NCBI GenBank assembly: GCA_963692915.1
Contig: OY843584.1
Location: forward strand, 1,280,001-1,344,000
DNA length: 64,000 nt
Source: Cenarchaeum sp.
GTDB lineage: Archaea > Thermoproteota > Nitrososphaeria > Nitrososphaerales > Nitrosopumilaceae
Reading direction: 5' to 3'
The position numbers and the translations under genes were made by a program. Within the stretch, counting starts at the first letter, position 1, and the number at the start of each line of letters is the position of its first letter. Below are positions 1 to 9,618 of the stretch, in pieces. The notes below the pieces were generated by a model, which saw only the letters and a list, made by a program, of their open reading frames with translations, was not told the origin of the DNA and searched no databases.

Positions 1-111
1 CCGCACTTCGCAAGAGGTTGAGGACGTCGACTTTGACTAGTTGATCAGCTGCGATCCCGTGTTTCTCCTCCAGTATTACTTCAAAGAGCTCTGTTCCTCA
101 GGCCGACTGAC

Positions 112-1911
112 CTATGCAGCGATTGCCGCTGCATCAAGGTCTTTTGTGCGCGTTTCTTCCACAATGGCCTCATCGTGACGTCCGAGGTTGTGCAGTATTG
201 CGGCCCTGTTTTTGTGCCATACAGAATAGCTAAAATCTATCGAGATCGCGCGGTCTATGGCAACAAGTGCCTCGTCGCTGCGCCCGAGCTCGTGCAAAAG
301 GACGGCCTTATTGCTATATGCCACATCGCTGTTTGGATTCAGCGAGATCGCGCGGTCTATGGCAACAAGTGCCTCGTCGCTGCGCCCGAGCTCGTTCAAT
401 AACGTAAACTGATAAGAATATGAATCGGCGTCCGGATTCAGCGAGATCGCGCGGTTTACGGCAACAAGTGCCTCGTCGCTGCGCCCAAGTGAATATAGCG
501 CAAGCGCTCTGTCCCTGTGCAATACGGCGTTATTTGGTGTCTGTGCGATCATTTTGTCAAGAGCCGTAAGCGCATCGGCATGGCGGTCAAGCAGGTAATT
601 ATAGATGGATATGGCACCATTGGCATCGTTTGCGCCAACAATGACTGCCGAACCGCTGGCCACAAGGCTGATGTTCAACGAGCCATATGAGATTGAGAAT
701 CCCTGTGCGCCGTTCTTGTGAACCTTATGACCTAGATCATTTGCCTTTTGAAGGACAACGCCGGGATCAAAGACATAATCCGGCGGCGGCGTTAGCGCAA
801 ACGTCCGCTTGCCCCTGTTGCGCCCGCAGAGCTCCTCGACTGTCACGCCTCCGAGCTCGTGTACGTGAACGCGCTCCGTGCCACAGACGGTACACTCGTC
901 GGCGCGAAACGTCCTCGTTGTCGAAAAGTCCATCGTGTCAATGTCAACGTGGAGTAGGCGGCCGGCTAGCGCAGGCTCCTTGCCGGTCAGGAGGCGCGCG
1001 GCCTCAGACGCCTCTATTCCGCCCACGATCGACAGGACTGCGGGGTTTACACCTTCGATGCTGCATGTCGGCATGGCATCCTCGTCGAGCGCGGGGAACA
1101 CGCAGTGATAGCACGCCGTCTTTTCAGGCACTATGGTGAGCGCCTGGCCGCTCACGCCGACGGCAGCGCCGCTGACGAGCGGTATGCCGGCCTCGACGCA
1201 CGCGCGGTTTAGCGCGTATCGCGCATTCACGCTGTCAAGTGCGTCTATAACGACGTCGCAGCCCTCAATGACGCTAGCTGCGTTGGCCGCACTCACCGAG
1301 ACTGCCATCGCCTCGACTGTCACGTCGGCGTTCATGGTGCGCAGTCGCTCGGCGGCGACCTCGACCTTTACCTTTCCCACGTCACCTTCCGTAAAGAGCA
1401 CCTGCCTGTGGAGGTTTGAGAGCTCGATGACATCACGATCGACTAGGCGCACGTGGCCGACGCCCATGCCGACTAGCCGGGCCGCTATCGGGTGACCGAG
1501 GCCGCCGGCGCCGATGATGCACACGCGCGAGGCTCGCAGCTTGAGCTGACCCTCGTAACCAATTCCCTCTAGCATGACCTGGCGCGAGTACCGGTCTAGC
1601 TCGCGGGACGATAGCTCGTCAGAGCCGCCAGCGACGGCCGGCAGGAGATAGACCTCATCACCGTCACTTAGCTTGGTCCCTAGGCCGCCGGAGAACTGGG
1701 CGTTCTTGCCGTTGATGTACATGTTTACAAGCGCGCGTGGCACAGGCTCGGAGGCCTTTGGATCCTCGAGAACCTTGCGCGCAAAGTCCTCGCCCATCTC
1801 GCCTACGGCTGCGCGAAGCGCGTCGCGCAGTGTGGTCGCATCAACCTCTAGCTTTTTCTCGCCGCCGCCGGCATTGAGCACAGAGGGCACGACAAAGCTG
1901 ATCTTGGCCAT
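112..1911 (-). CDS. ThiS/MoaD ubiquitin-like domain fused to ThiF/MoeB (E1-like) adenylyltransferase, with extra C-terminal TPR repeats
   Basis: The N-terminal Ubl domain ends LLPAVAGG. The E1 domain has RYSRQ, GAGGLG, DRDVIELSNLHRQ and two CxxC. The last ~150 aa are TPR repeats (LGRSDEALVAIDRAISL). Confidence 0.9.
   Translation of the reverse strand: MAKISFVVPSVLNAGGGEKKLEVDATTLRDALRAAVGEMGEDFARKVLEDPKASEPVPRALVNMYINGKNAQFSGGLGTKLSDGDEVYLLPAVAGGSDELSSRELDRYSRQVMLEGIGYEGQLKLRASRVCIIGAGGLGHPIAARLVGMGVGHVRLVDRDVIELSNLHRQVLFTEGDVGKVKVEVAAERLRTMNADVTVEAMAVSVSAANAASVIEGCDVVIDALDSVNARYALNRACVEAGIPLVSGAAVGVSGQALTIVPEKTACYHCVFPALDEDAMPTCSIEGVNPAVLSIVGGIEASEAARLLTGKEPALAGRLLHVDIDTMDFSTTRTFRADECTVCGTERVHVHELGGVTVEELCGRNRGKRTFALTPPPDYVFDPGVVLQKANDLGHKVHKNGAQGFSISYGSLNISLVASGSAVIVGANDANGAISIYNYLLDRHADALTALDKMIAQTPNNAVLHRDRALALYSLGRSDEALVAVNRAISLNPDADSYSYQFTLLNELGRSDEALVAIDRAISLNPNSDVAYSNKAVLLHELGRSDEALVAIDRAISIDFSYSVWHKNRAAILHNLGRHDEAIVEETRTKDLDAAAIAA
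241..487. repeat. Three near-identical ~50-bp TPR-coding repeats (period 102/99 bp)
   Basis: cgagatcgcgcggt(c/t)ta(t/c)ggcaacaagtgcctcgtcgctgcgccc starts at 241, 343 and 442. Confidence 0.9.
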
Positions 1912-3129
1912 CTAGCGTGCCACCGCCTCCATAACCGGCACGGGCGCCGGCGCCTTTAGTAGCGGTGAGAGCGGCTCGATGGCCTTTAGCCCGTTGCCAG
2001 TCACATAACACACGACAGTCTCGTCGCGCTCGACTAGGCCCGACTCGACCATCTTTTTGAGGACCGCGACAGACACGCCGCCGGCCGGCTCGGTGAATAT
2101 GCCCTCGGTCCGCGCGAGGAGGAGTATGGCATCAAGTATCTCGGCGTCGCCGGCCTCCTCGGCGGTGCCCGAGCTCGCCTTTAGCCTGCGCACGACGTAC
2201 GGGCCGTCGCCGGGGTCGCCGATCGCCAGGCTCTTGGCGACGGTCTCTGGCCTCTCAACGGGCACCACACGGCCACCGTTGCGAAACGCCGAGACGACTG
2301 GCGCGCACCCCGTCGGTTGGGCCGCATCGACCTTCATGCCAGAGATCTCGCCGACGAGCGAGTGCTCGTGGAGCTCCTCAAAGCCCTTGCATATCGCGTT
2401 GAGCATCGCGCCGCTGCCAACGGGCACGACGAGGCGGTCGGGAACCTCCCAGCCGAGCTGCTCGGCGGCCTCGTAGGCCAGCGTCTTTGAGCCCTCGACA
2501 TAGTATGACCTCATGTTGATGTTGACGATGCCGTGACCCTCGCGATCACCGGCGCGCGCGGCCATCCTGTTGGCATCATCATACGTGCCGTCAACTGAGA
2601 CGAGCTCGGCGCCGTACGAGAGGGCCTGGACGACCTTTGGCGGCTCGATCTCGGCCGGGGCCCAGACCCTGCAGCGCAGACCAGCGGCGGCCGCATGGGC
2701 CGCAGTTGCCGAGGCTAGGTTGCCTGTTGACGCGCAGCCGACTGCAGGTAGTCCGAGCTCGACGGATTTTGAGACTGCAACGCCGGCGGGCCTGTCCTTG
2801 AACGAGAATGTTGGGTTCATCGAGTCGTTCTTTATGTAGAGGCGATCCAGGCCGATGGCCTCGCCGAGCCTCTTTGCGTGCGTGAGTGGCGTCATGCCGG
2901 CTCCAATGCTGATGATGTTTGACTTTGACATGACGGGGAGCAGCTCGGCGTAGCGCCAGTACGTCGGCTCGCGCGACGCGATGGCCTCGCGCGAGACTGT
3001 CACGCCGCTGTATTTCACGTCTAGTGGCCCAAAGCACGCGTCACACACGTAGCGGAACGTCGGCTCGTGCTCGGCTCCGCACTCGCGGCACACGAGCGAT
3101 ATTGCCCTCTCCATGGCTGCCTTTTTCAT
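1912..3129 (-). CDS. thrC: Threonine synthase
   Basis: NPTFSFKDR PLP-lysine motif, CASTGN, EGSKT, PVGSG, TGNGLK and an N-terminal zinc ribbon. Confidence 0.93.
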   Translation of the reverse strand: MKKAAMERAISLVCRECGAEHEPTFRYVCDACFGPLDVKYSGVTVSREAIASREPTYWRYAELLPVMSKSNIISIGAGMTPLTHAKRLGEAIGLDRLYIKNDSMNPTFSFKDRPAGVAVSKSVELGLPAVGCASTGNLASATAAHAAAAGLRCRVWAPAEIEPPKVVQALSYGAELVSVDGTYDDANRMAARAGDREGHGIVNINMRSYYVEGSKTLAYEAAEQLGWEVPDRLVVPVGSGAMLNAICKGFEELHEHSLVGEISGMKVDAAQPTGCAPVVSAFRNGGRVVPVERPETVAKSLAIGDPGDGPYVVRRLKASSGTAEEAGDAEILDAILLLARTEGIFTEPAGGVSVAVLKKMVESGLVERDETVVCYVTGNGLKAIEPLSPLLKAPAPVPVMEAVAR

Positions 3130-3190
3130 GCGTGAACCTCTTAAAAGACGCTAATATCAAGTTTAGTGTCACTTAACAGGCACGCGTGCG

Positions 3191-3838
3191 CTATACGGCC
3201 GCAGACGCGGCCCCGTCGACTGTTATAGTCTGCCCCGAGAGATACTTTACTCGGTTCTCGACGATCCCGCGCACAAAGCCTCCAATCTCGGTGGGCTCGC
3301 CGACGCGACCGGCAGGCAGATCCTTTGCATATGTGTCCACGTCACCGACGAGCTCGCGCAAGCGATCCGTGTTGATCGGTCCGGGCGCAATGTTGATCAC
3401 GCTGACCTGTCTCTTTGCGAGTGTCCTGCTCAAAACCTTTAGCACGCTAGAGAGCGCTGATCTGTACGCGCCAGACATGACAAGCCTCTCGGAGGGCTCG
3501 CGCACAACGCTAGAGCTTATGAGAAATATGTACCCACCGTCGCGAATGCGCACCTCCTTGAGCAGGACGCACATTCCCAAAAAGAGCTGGTTGTGGTACT
3601 TTTGCCATTCGTCGACTGCAATGTCGGCGAACTCTTTTGGCGGTGGGCCGCCCGTGTTGAGAACAAGTATGTCAGTATCAGAGTGCGAGCGCGCAAACGC
3701 CATAACGCTGTCGAGATCAGACGTGTCAATCTCATTCCTTGATGTCGCCGTGACGGCATATCCGGCCGCTTCTAGCGACTCGGCAATTGCGCGACCAATC
3801 CCGCGTGAGCCACCAATGACGATCGCCTCGCCGGCCAT
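3191..3838 (-). CDS. Short-chain dehydrogenase/reductase
   Basis: GGSRGIG Rossmann motif, NTGGP, APGPINTDR. Confidence 0.88.
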   Translation of the reverse strand: MAGEAIVIGGSRGIGRAIAESLEAAGYAVTATSRNEIDTSDLDSVMAFARSHSDTDILVLNTGGPPPKEFADIAVDEWQKYHNQLFLGMCVLLKEVRIRDGGYIFLISSSVVREPSERLVMSGAYRSALSSVLKVLSRTLAKRQVSVINIAPGPINTDRLRELVGDVDTYAKDLPAGRVGEPTEIGGFVRGIVENRVKYLSGQTITVDGAASAAV

Positions 3839-3841
3839 GCG

Positions 3842-4069
3842 CTATTCCCTCGCGAGCTCCGTTATCTCTGTCACTGTCCCCTTTACGGAGTCCATGCGGA
3901 CAACTGCGCGGCCATCGCCCCAGCCGAGCGCGACGTACCAGTCTCCCGAGTCATCATGGTATTTCGTCTCTAGCGTCTTTACGGATGCCGGCTCGACGCC
4001 CTCGCGGCGCGCTATGGCCGAGACGGCAAGCGAGACGGCATCTGACTCTTTCTCGAGGCGACGCTTCAT
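3842..4069 (-). CDS. Small conserved hypothetical protein
   Basis: Compact ORF (MKRRLEKESDA...) in operon spacing with the SDR gene. Start moved to the ATG at 4069. Confidence 0.6.
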   Translation of the reverse strand: MKRRLEKESDAVSLAVSAIARREGVEPASVKTLETKYHDDSGDWYVALGWGDGRAVVRMDSVKGTVTEITELARE

Positions 4070-4177
4070 GAGCCCTATTCCCGGTGCCATGGAATGCGGC
4101 GCCAAGGGGGTCGTATATACACCTTGAAGGCGTGCGTAGATGCGCCTTTATATGATGAATTTTGGGGGGGTGCGCCA

Positions 4178-4774
4178 ATGCTCGGGACGCTCCACAGGAT
4201 TCTCGCCGCGCGGCCACGCGCGCACTCGCTGCTCGGCGCAGCAGCCCTCCTCGCGACGTTTGGTACCTCGCAGACGGTGGCCAGTGGGGTGTGGGATGCG
4301 ATATCGCACATAATGCGCGAGCCAGAGCAGTTTTGGTCCATACAGCACATCGCCGTCTATGCAGGAGTCGCCGCAGTCGCGTGCTCGGCCGGACTTGCAT
4401 ACGCCCTACTCGTGTGGCAGCGCGACTCGCTTTCTGGCCCACAGAGGCGCGCGCTAGCCATAGTCATAGCCGGCGCAATGCTGCAGATAGTCTCCGGATA
4501 TGCCGACTCGGTCTCGCATGACACGTACGGCATCGACGGACTCGTGTCGTGGTCGCACCAGCCCCTTGAGGCCGGCCTCGTGGCAAGCTCGCTTGGAGGC
4601 GTGCTCCTCTTGCGCCATGCCGGCCCGCGCGTGCGTCTCCTGGCTCCCGTCTCGGCAGTGGTCCTCGTCGCCTCCTCGATGTGGCTTGCCTTTAACCTCC
4701 TCCTCGTGCCGGCCGCGACGATGCTCTGCCTTCCGGTCTACAAGGTGTTCCTGTCAGGCTGCGCCGTGATGTAG
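4178..4774 (+). CDS. Multi-pass membrane protein
   Basis: Hydrophobic helices with WDxxxH...H motifs. TATA-like ctttata lies ~30 nt upstream of ATG 4178. Confidence 0.7.
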   Translation: MLGTLHRILAARPRAHSLLGAAALLATFGTSQTVASGVWDAISHIMREPEQFWSIQHIAVYAGVAAVACSAGLAYALLVWQRDSLSGPQRRALAIVIAGAMLQIVSGYADSVSHDTYGIDGLVSWSHQPLEAGLVASSLGGVLLLRHAGPRVRLLAPVSAVVLVASSMWLAFNLLLVPAATMLCLPVYKVFLSGCAVM

Positions 4775-5232
4775 CGCACTATTGTGACGCATGACCACAC
4801 GACAACTGCAACGACACCGATGACGAGTGCGGCTGCCGGATACATTGTCTGCGCAGAGCTTGTCTGGCCAACCTCGAGTGAGACCGTTGATGGGGCAGCC
4901 GAGGCGAGTGTCGCGCGAACAGTGTGCTCACCAGACCTTGTCACCATGAAATAGTCCACAGAGCTCATAGTCGACACAACGTCATCAAAGAGCTCATCAC
5001 CAGTCGGCGAGATGACGGTGATCCTGGCCGCCGTGCGCGGCGAGTCGAGCTTTACCCCAATGAACGCCGTGTCAGTAGCCTCGAGGTTTGCGCGCATCTC
5101 GGCATGGCGACCCTGGCCCAACTGGAATGATCCCAGTGTCGGCTCGCCTGCGCCCATCTGCATGATGGCCACGCCGATGATGCCGGCTGCCATCATGACG
5201 AGTCCCGCATAGAGGAGTGCGCGCATTTGCAT
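4738..5232 (-). CDS. Membrane-anchored hypothetical protein
   Basis: N- and C-terminal TM helices flank a beta-rich domain. Start estimated. Confidence 0.6.
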   Translation of the reverse strand: MQMRALLYAGLVMMAAGIIGVAIMQMGAGEPTLGSFQLGQGRHAEMRANLEATDTAFIGVKLDSPRTAARITVISPTGDELFDDVVSTMSSVDYFMVTRSGEHTVRATLASAAPSTVSLEVGQTSSAQTMYPAAALVIGVVAVVVWSCVTIVRYITAQPDRNTL

Positions 5233-5306
5233 GCGGCGCAGGCCCGCAGGCGCACAAATAAACCAAGGGGGCGACGTGTCGTGGCCAGTGCGCCCCAAGG
5301 GGCAGT

Positions 5307-5675
5307 CTAGTGCGGGAGGCTCGTGTCATCAGGGCTCCCCGCCGTTTTGTGGGTGAACCACCCCTCTGGATAGGTTTTGGAGATGGCATGCACGTGCCTG
5401 TGGGAGTAGATTAGGGAGACTGACGGAAACGCGCGCAGGCGCTCCTCACTTGTGAACCTCCGGCCAAGGCGCCTGTCGCACAGGGTGTGCAGCAGGCTCT
5501 CAAAGTAGCCGACAAGATAGGTCGCAACAGAGAGCGACTCGTTGCCGGGCTCGGTGCGTATTGAGAGCGGGCTCGTTGCCCCCCTATCCTTGATCAGGAG
5601 TTCTGCGTGCGAGATCGTGCGCTCAAAGGCGTCACGGACAATGCTGTCAACGGCTTTTTCGTCCTCCAATGACAC
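5307..5675 (-). CDS. Hypothetical protein, paralogue of 7255..7641
   Basis: Shares AF(E/D)RT, YxVGYFE, LC, ER and YPxGW with 7255..7641. GTG start estimated. Confidence 0.65.
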   Translation of the reverse strand: MSLEDEKAVDSIVRDAFERTISHAELLIKDRGATSPLSIRTEPGNESLSVATYLVGYFESLLHTLCDRRLGRRFTSEERLRAFPSVSLIYSHRHVHAISKTYPEGWFTHKTAGSPDDTSLPH

Positions 5676-5794
5676 CCATACGAGGCAGGTGGCATATATG
5701 TGATAACGCGTCGGTGACCTGCACGCGTGGGGGCCGGACCACAAAACGCACGCCTGACGAAGCGGCAAGTCTTATAGGGCGGCATTGCGCATTC

Positions 5795-7180
5795 ATGCGC
5801 ATGAGCACAGGGGCGGAGCGTGTCTCGCGCAGGGGCGCCATATGTGGCGAGTTTGACGTGATTGAGAGGGCAGAGAACAGGACGAGGGCCGCAGAGACTG
5901 TGGCCAGCTGCGAGGAAAAGATCAGGCAGAATTCTGCCAACATTGGGGCGCACAGGCTCAAGGCCGCCGCGCTGCATACGCTTGGACGCCGCACTGATGC
6001 CCTCGAAGCCTTTGAGCGCGTGATGGAGCTGGACAGCAGTGACACGATCACGCTTAACAACATGGGAATCATAATGTGCGAGATTGGCCTGCATGGAAAG
6101 GCAGTTGAGGTATTTGGGCGCGCAGCAAAACTGAACCGAGGCGATGCCCAAACGCACATGAACATGGCAATGGCGCTGCACCGCCTGGGGCGCCACGAAG
6201 ACGAGGTCAGGGCAATCAAGCGCGCAATAGATGCAAGTCCCGGCGACCCGCGTGCCCACTTTAACATGGGGCTCGCGCTGGCAGATCTGGGTCGCAACGA
6301 GGAGGCAGCCGACTCATTTGGACGCGCCGCCGAGCTTGATCCCAATGACGCAGTGGCGCACCGAAACAGGGCCGAGCGCCTGATAGAGCTCAGGCGCCAC
6401 GAGGAGGCGCTAAGAGCTCTCAGGGAGGCAACAGCGCAAGATCCCAAAAATGTCAGAGCGCATATGGACATGGCAGGCACGCTGGGAATGCTTGGGCGCC
6501 ACGAGGAGGCGCTAAGGGCGCTCGATCACGTGATCAGCATAGAGCCAGACAATGCGCATGCGCACCTGGGAAGGAGCATTGGGCTGGTGGGGCTCGGGCG
6601 CCATGAGGAGGCGCTAGGGGCGCTTGACCGCACGCTCTCACTAAAGCACAACAATGCGGCGGCGCACCTTAATCGCGGGTATGTCCTGCATATGCTTGGG
6701 CGCCACGAGGAGGCGCTAGGGGCGTTCAAGGAGGCAGCGAGGGGAGATCCCAAGGATCCCAGGCCACACAGGAACATGGCCACCGTGCTAGCAGCACAGG
6801 GGCGGCACAAGGAGGCCGATGAGGAGTTTGATCTTGCAATAGGGCTGGATCCCGGCGAGCCGCGCGCGCATTTTGGCAAGGGCTCGGCACTCTTCAAGCT
6901 TGGATATGCCGCAGGTGCCCTAAAGGCCTTTGAGGAGGCAGCAAGGCTAGAGCCTGACAGCGCCAGGACGCAGCTTGCAATCGGGCACGTCCTGTTGGCA
7001 CTCGGGGATCACGCAATGGCGGGGGATGCCTTTGAGCGTGCCGCAGAGCTGGACTATGACAATGCCGAGACGCAGCTGGAAGTGGGACATGCCCTGGAAA
7101 TTATTGAGCGAGGCAGGAAATCACGCAAAGCCTTTGAGCGCACAGCGGAGCTAGACCCAACAATAAGCGTGCCAGCATAG
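5795..7180 (+). CDS. Tetratricopeptide repeat protein
   Basis: About 12 TPR units (LGRHEEAL..., AAELDP), with repeated DNA gggcgccacgaggaggcgcta. Confidence 0.9.
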   Translation: MRMSTGAERVSRRGAICGEFDVIERAENRTRAAETVASCEEKIRQNSANIGAHRLKAAALHTLGRRTDALEAFERVMELDSSDTITLNNMGIIMCEIGLHGKAVEVFGRAAKLNRGDAQTHMNMAMALHRLGRHEDEVRAIKRAIDASPGDPRAHFNMGLALADLGRNEEAADSFGRAAELDPNDAVAHRNRAERLIELRRHEEALRALREATAQDPKNVRAHMDMAGTLGMLGRHEEALRALDHVISIEPDNAHAHLGRSIGLVGLGRHEEALGALDRTLSLKHNNAAAHLNRGYVLHMLGRHEEALGAFKEAARGDPKDPRPHRNMATVLAAQGRHKEADEEFDLAIGLDPGEPRAHFGKGSALFKLGYAAGALKAFEEAARLEPDSARTQLAIGHVLLALGDHAMAGDAFERAAELDYDNAETQLEVGHALEIIERGRKSRKAFERTAELDPTISVPA

Positions 7181-7254
7181 CGGCCGGATCTTGCATGTTT
7201 TGGCCAGGTGCCATGTGCTAGAATTGTAGAGTTGAACCGTTCCAAGTGCCAGAA

Positions 7255-7641
7255 TTACTGAAAACGGCGCGTGTGGGCGAGGCGGACTGGCACATACATG
7301 GCATATGGTGTCCACCCTGACGGATAGTACATCGCCATCGAGTGAATGAGCTCGTCATTTTCTAGAGCGTTTAGAAGCGTGAACGTCGCTTTGCGCTCTT
7401 TTAGCGTTGGAGCCCTGCTAAGATTTTCCATGCACAGATCATGGAATGCGCCCTCAAAATATCCAACAAAATAGTTCAGGATTGCGGTGATTCCAGTGTC
7501 AGGCCCGGCAACCACAAATGATGGCACCGTTGCGTTCTTGCGGCTTCCGAGAAACATTGCCTGTTTCATGGTGCGATCAAAAGCTTCGTGTGCGATATCC
7601 TGGACGCTCTTGCTCGCCGTCATCAGGACACCACACTCCAC
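7255..7641 (-). CDS. Hypothetical protein, paralogue of 5307..5675
   Basis: Alignable over ~100 aa with 5307..5675. Confidence 0.65.
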   Translation of the reverse strand: MECGVLMTASKSVQDIAHEAFDRTMKQAMFLGSRKNATVPSFVVAGPDTGITAILNYFVGYFEGAFHDLCMENLSRAPTLKERKATFTLLNALENDELIHSMAMYYPSGWTPYAMYVPVRLAHTRRFQ

Positions 7642-7760
7642 ACGTGATATATATTTCTAGTTGGCGTCAGCCCCATGGACGGTATGGCCAAATAGACTTA
7701 TTTGGTCAGCGCGTGTACACCCCATGACATGCGCGGGGGGAGCCGGCAGGCCAGCTAAAG

Positions 7761-8240
7761 GTGGGCAGAGTGGACAACACTAGATCTGGAAAACTGCCCC
7801 TCTTTTGCACGGTAGGCGAGTTCATCGGGGAATTTCAGCGGCTAGAAGACGATCTAGTGCGGTGGATAACACTGCTTCAAAATCTCCAGACTGATGGGGC
7901 ACGTAACAAAAAAACAGAACAAGACATACGCACATTACATAAAGCCTTTAAAGACAAATGTGATGCCTTAGAAGAGATCATAGAGCCGCATGTCATTGGC
8001 AACCCTGAAGAAAAGTCCAAGTTGCAGAAGCTTTTAGATCGGATTGATACGATGCGGAGGAAGCGGAACATTGTGGTTCACGCAAGCCAGAAAATAGAGA
8101 CAGCAACGGTCGTGAATAACGGAGAGATTGTCAGTGAGGCGGAAATTATGGAGATGCGCAATGAAATACGAAGCATTTGGGAGGAGTTTGAAGCCCTGAT
8201 CCGTGGGGTGATCAAGCCTCCCACAAACGACTCCCCATAG
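7761..8240 (+). CDS. Putative HEPN-domain protein
   Basis: All-helical 159 aa with an Rx4H motif (RNIVVH). Lower GC than its neighbours. Confidence 0.55.
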   Translation: MGRVDNTRSGKLPLFCTVGEFIGEFQRLEDDLVRWITLLQNLQTDGARNKKTEQDIRTLHKAFKDKCDALEEIIEPHVIGNPEEKSKLQKLLDRIDTMRRKRNIVVHASQKIETATVVNNGEIVSEAEIMEMRNEIRSIWEEFEALIRGVIKPPTNDSP

Positions 8241-8327
8241 GATCAGGCAGGTCAAAGGTGCAGTCGAACCGGCCGCCTGTCCCGTCACATATCTCATCTC
8301 GCAGCACATACCCATAGACCTACCAAG

Positions 8328-8402
8328 AGGGCTCGGAGGGCTTCGATCCCTCGATCTGGCGGTCCGAAGCCGCCCGCACTATCCTGACTGTGCCACGAGT
8401 CC
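8328..8402 (-). tRNA. tRNA-Arg (anticodon TCG)
   Basis: The minus strand folds into a cloverleaf: GGACTCG-TG-GCAC AGTCAGGATA GTGC-G-GGCGG CTTCGGA CCGCC-AGATC-GAGGG ATCGAAG CCCTC-CGAGCCC. No encoded CCA. Confidence 0.92.
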
Positions 8403-8442
8403 GCCCAAGCGATAATATCAGAGTGCTAAAAGTCTTGCACCA

Positions 8443-9618
8443 ATGAAGGTCTCAAGAAAGGTGATGGGCGTAGAGTATGCCATACGCGACATAGTCGCCG
8501 AGGCCCAGAGGCTAGAGAGCGCAGGCCGGCAGGTCACGTACCTCAACATCGGCGACCCGCCGTGGTACGGCTTTCAGCCGCCGCGCGAGGTTCTCGAGGC
8601 CCTCACGCGGGCCGCACTAGACGGCCACACACACTATGCGCCGTCAGAGGGAATCGCCGAGCTGCGATCCGAGATTGCAAAAAAAGAGGCCGCAAAGGGC
8701 CTTGACTGCGGGCCGGACGACATTCTGGTGACAAACGGCGTCTCAGAGGCCCTTGACATGGTCATATCGTCGATAGTCGAGGACGGCGACGAGGTTCTCT
8801 TGCCCGGCCCGTACTATCCGCCATACGCGTCGTATATCCGCCTCCACGGTGGCGTGCCAGTAGAGTTTGCCACAGACCTCGAGTCCTCGAGTCTGGACAT
8901 TGAGGACATTCGCTCAAAGATAACTGAGCGAACCGTCGCAATCTGCCTCATAAACCCAAACAACCCGTCAGGCACGGTATTTGGCAAGGCCGACCTTGCG
9001 CGCATAGTCGACATTGCCGCCGAGCACGACATGTATGTCATATGCGACGAGATATACGACGAGATAGTATTTGACGGGGAGTTTGCCGGCATCGGCAGCG
9101 TTGCGCGCGACGCCGGAGTCATCGTCCTCAACGGGTTCTCCAAGGGTCACCTCATGACTGGCTTTCGCGCCGGATACATGGCGTTCTCGCGAACCCCAAA
9201 GCTCGACGCAATCCGCGAGCACCTGCCAAAGCTTGCTCGCGTGCGCATTGCCGCATGCCTCCCCGTTCAGCACGCCGCACTAGCCTCGTTACGCGGTTCA
9301 CGCGAACACTTTGGCGAGTTCGTCTCGCAGGTCAAGGAGAGACGTGATGTCATCGTGCGCGGCCTCAACTCGATTCCCGGCATATCGTGCTCTAGCCCGC
9401 GCGGTGCGTTCTATGCGTTTCCGCGCATAGAGGACGAACGGTTTGTCGATGACCGCAAGTTCGTCCTCGGCCTACTCGAGTCAAAGGGCATACTCACCGT
9501 CCATGGGTCTGGGTTTGGCAAGACGTACGGCTCGGGGCACTTTCGCATCGTGTTTCTTGCGTCGCCTAGCACGCTAGAGGGCGCAGTCGAGGCCATACGC
9601 TCGTACATGGCTCAATAG
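8443..9618 (+). CDS. PLP-dependent aminotransferase class I/II (alanine/aspartate type)
   Basis: LNIGDP, INPNNPSG, DEIY, NGFSKGHLMTGFRAG. Confidence 0.92.
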   Translation: MKVSRKVMGVEYAIRDIVAEAQRLESAGRQVTYLNIGDPPWYGFQPPREVLEALTRAALDGHTHYAPSEGIAELRSEIAKKEAAKGLDCGPDDILVTNGVSEALDMVISSIVEDGDEVLLPGPYYPPYASYIRLHGGVPVEFATDLESSSLDIEDIRSKITERTVAICLINPNNPSGTVFGKADLARIVDIAAEHDMYVICDEIYDEIVFDGEFAGIGSVARDAGVIVLNGFSKGHLMTGFRAGYMAFSRTPKLDAIREHLPKLARVRIAACLPVQHAALASLRGSREHFGEFVSQVKERRDVIVRGLNSIPGISCSSPRGAFYAFPRIEDERFVDDRKFVLGLLESKGILTVHGSGFGKTYGSGHFRIVFLASPSTLEGAVEAIRSYMAQ

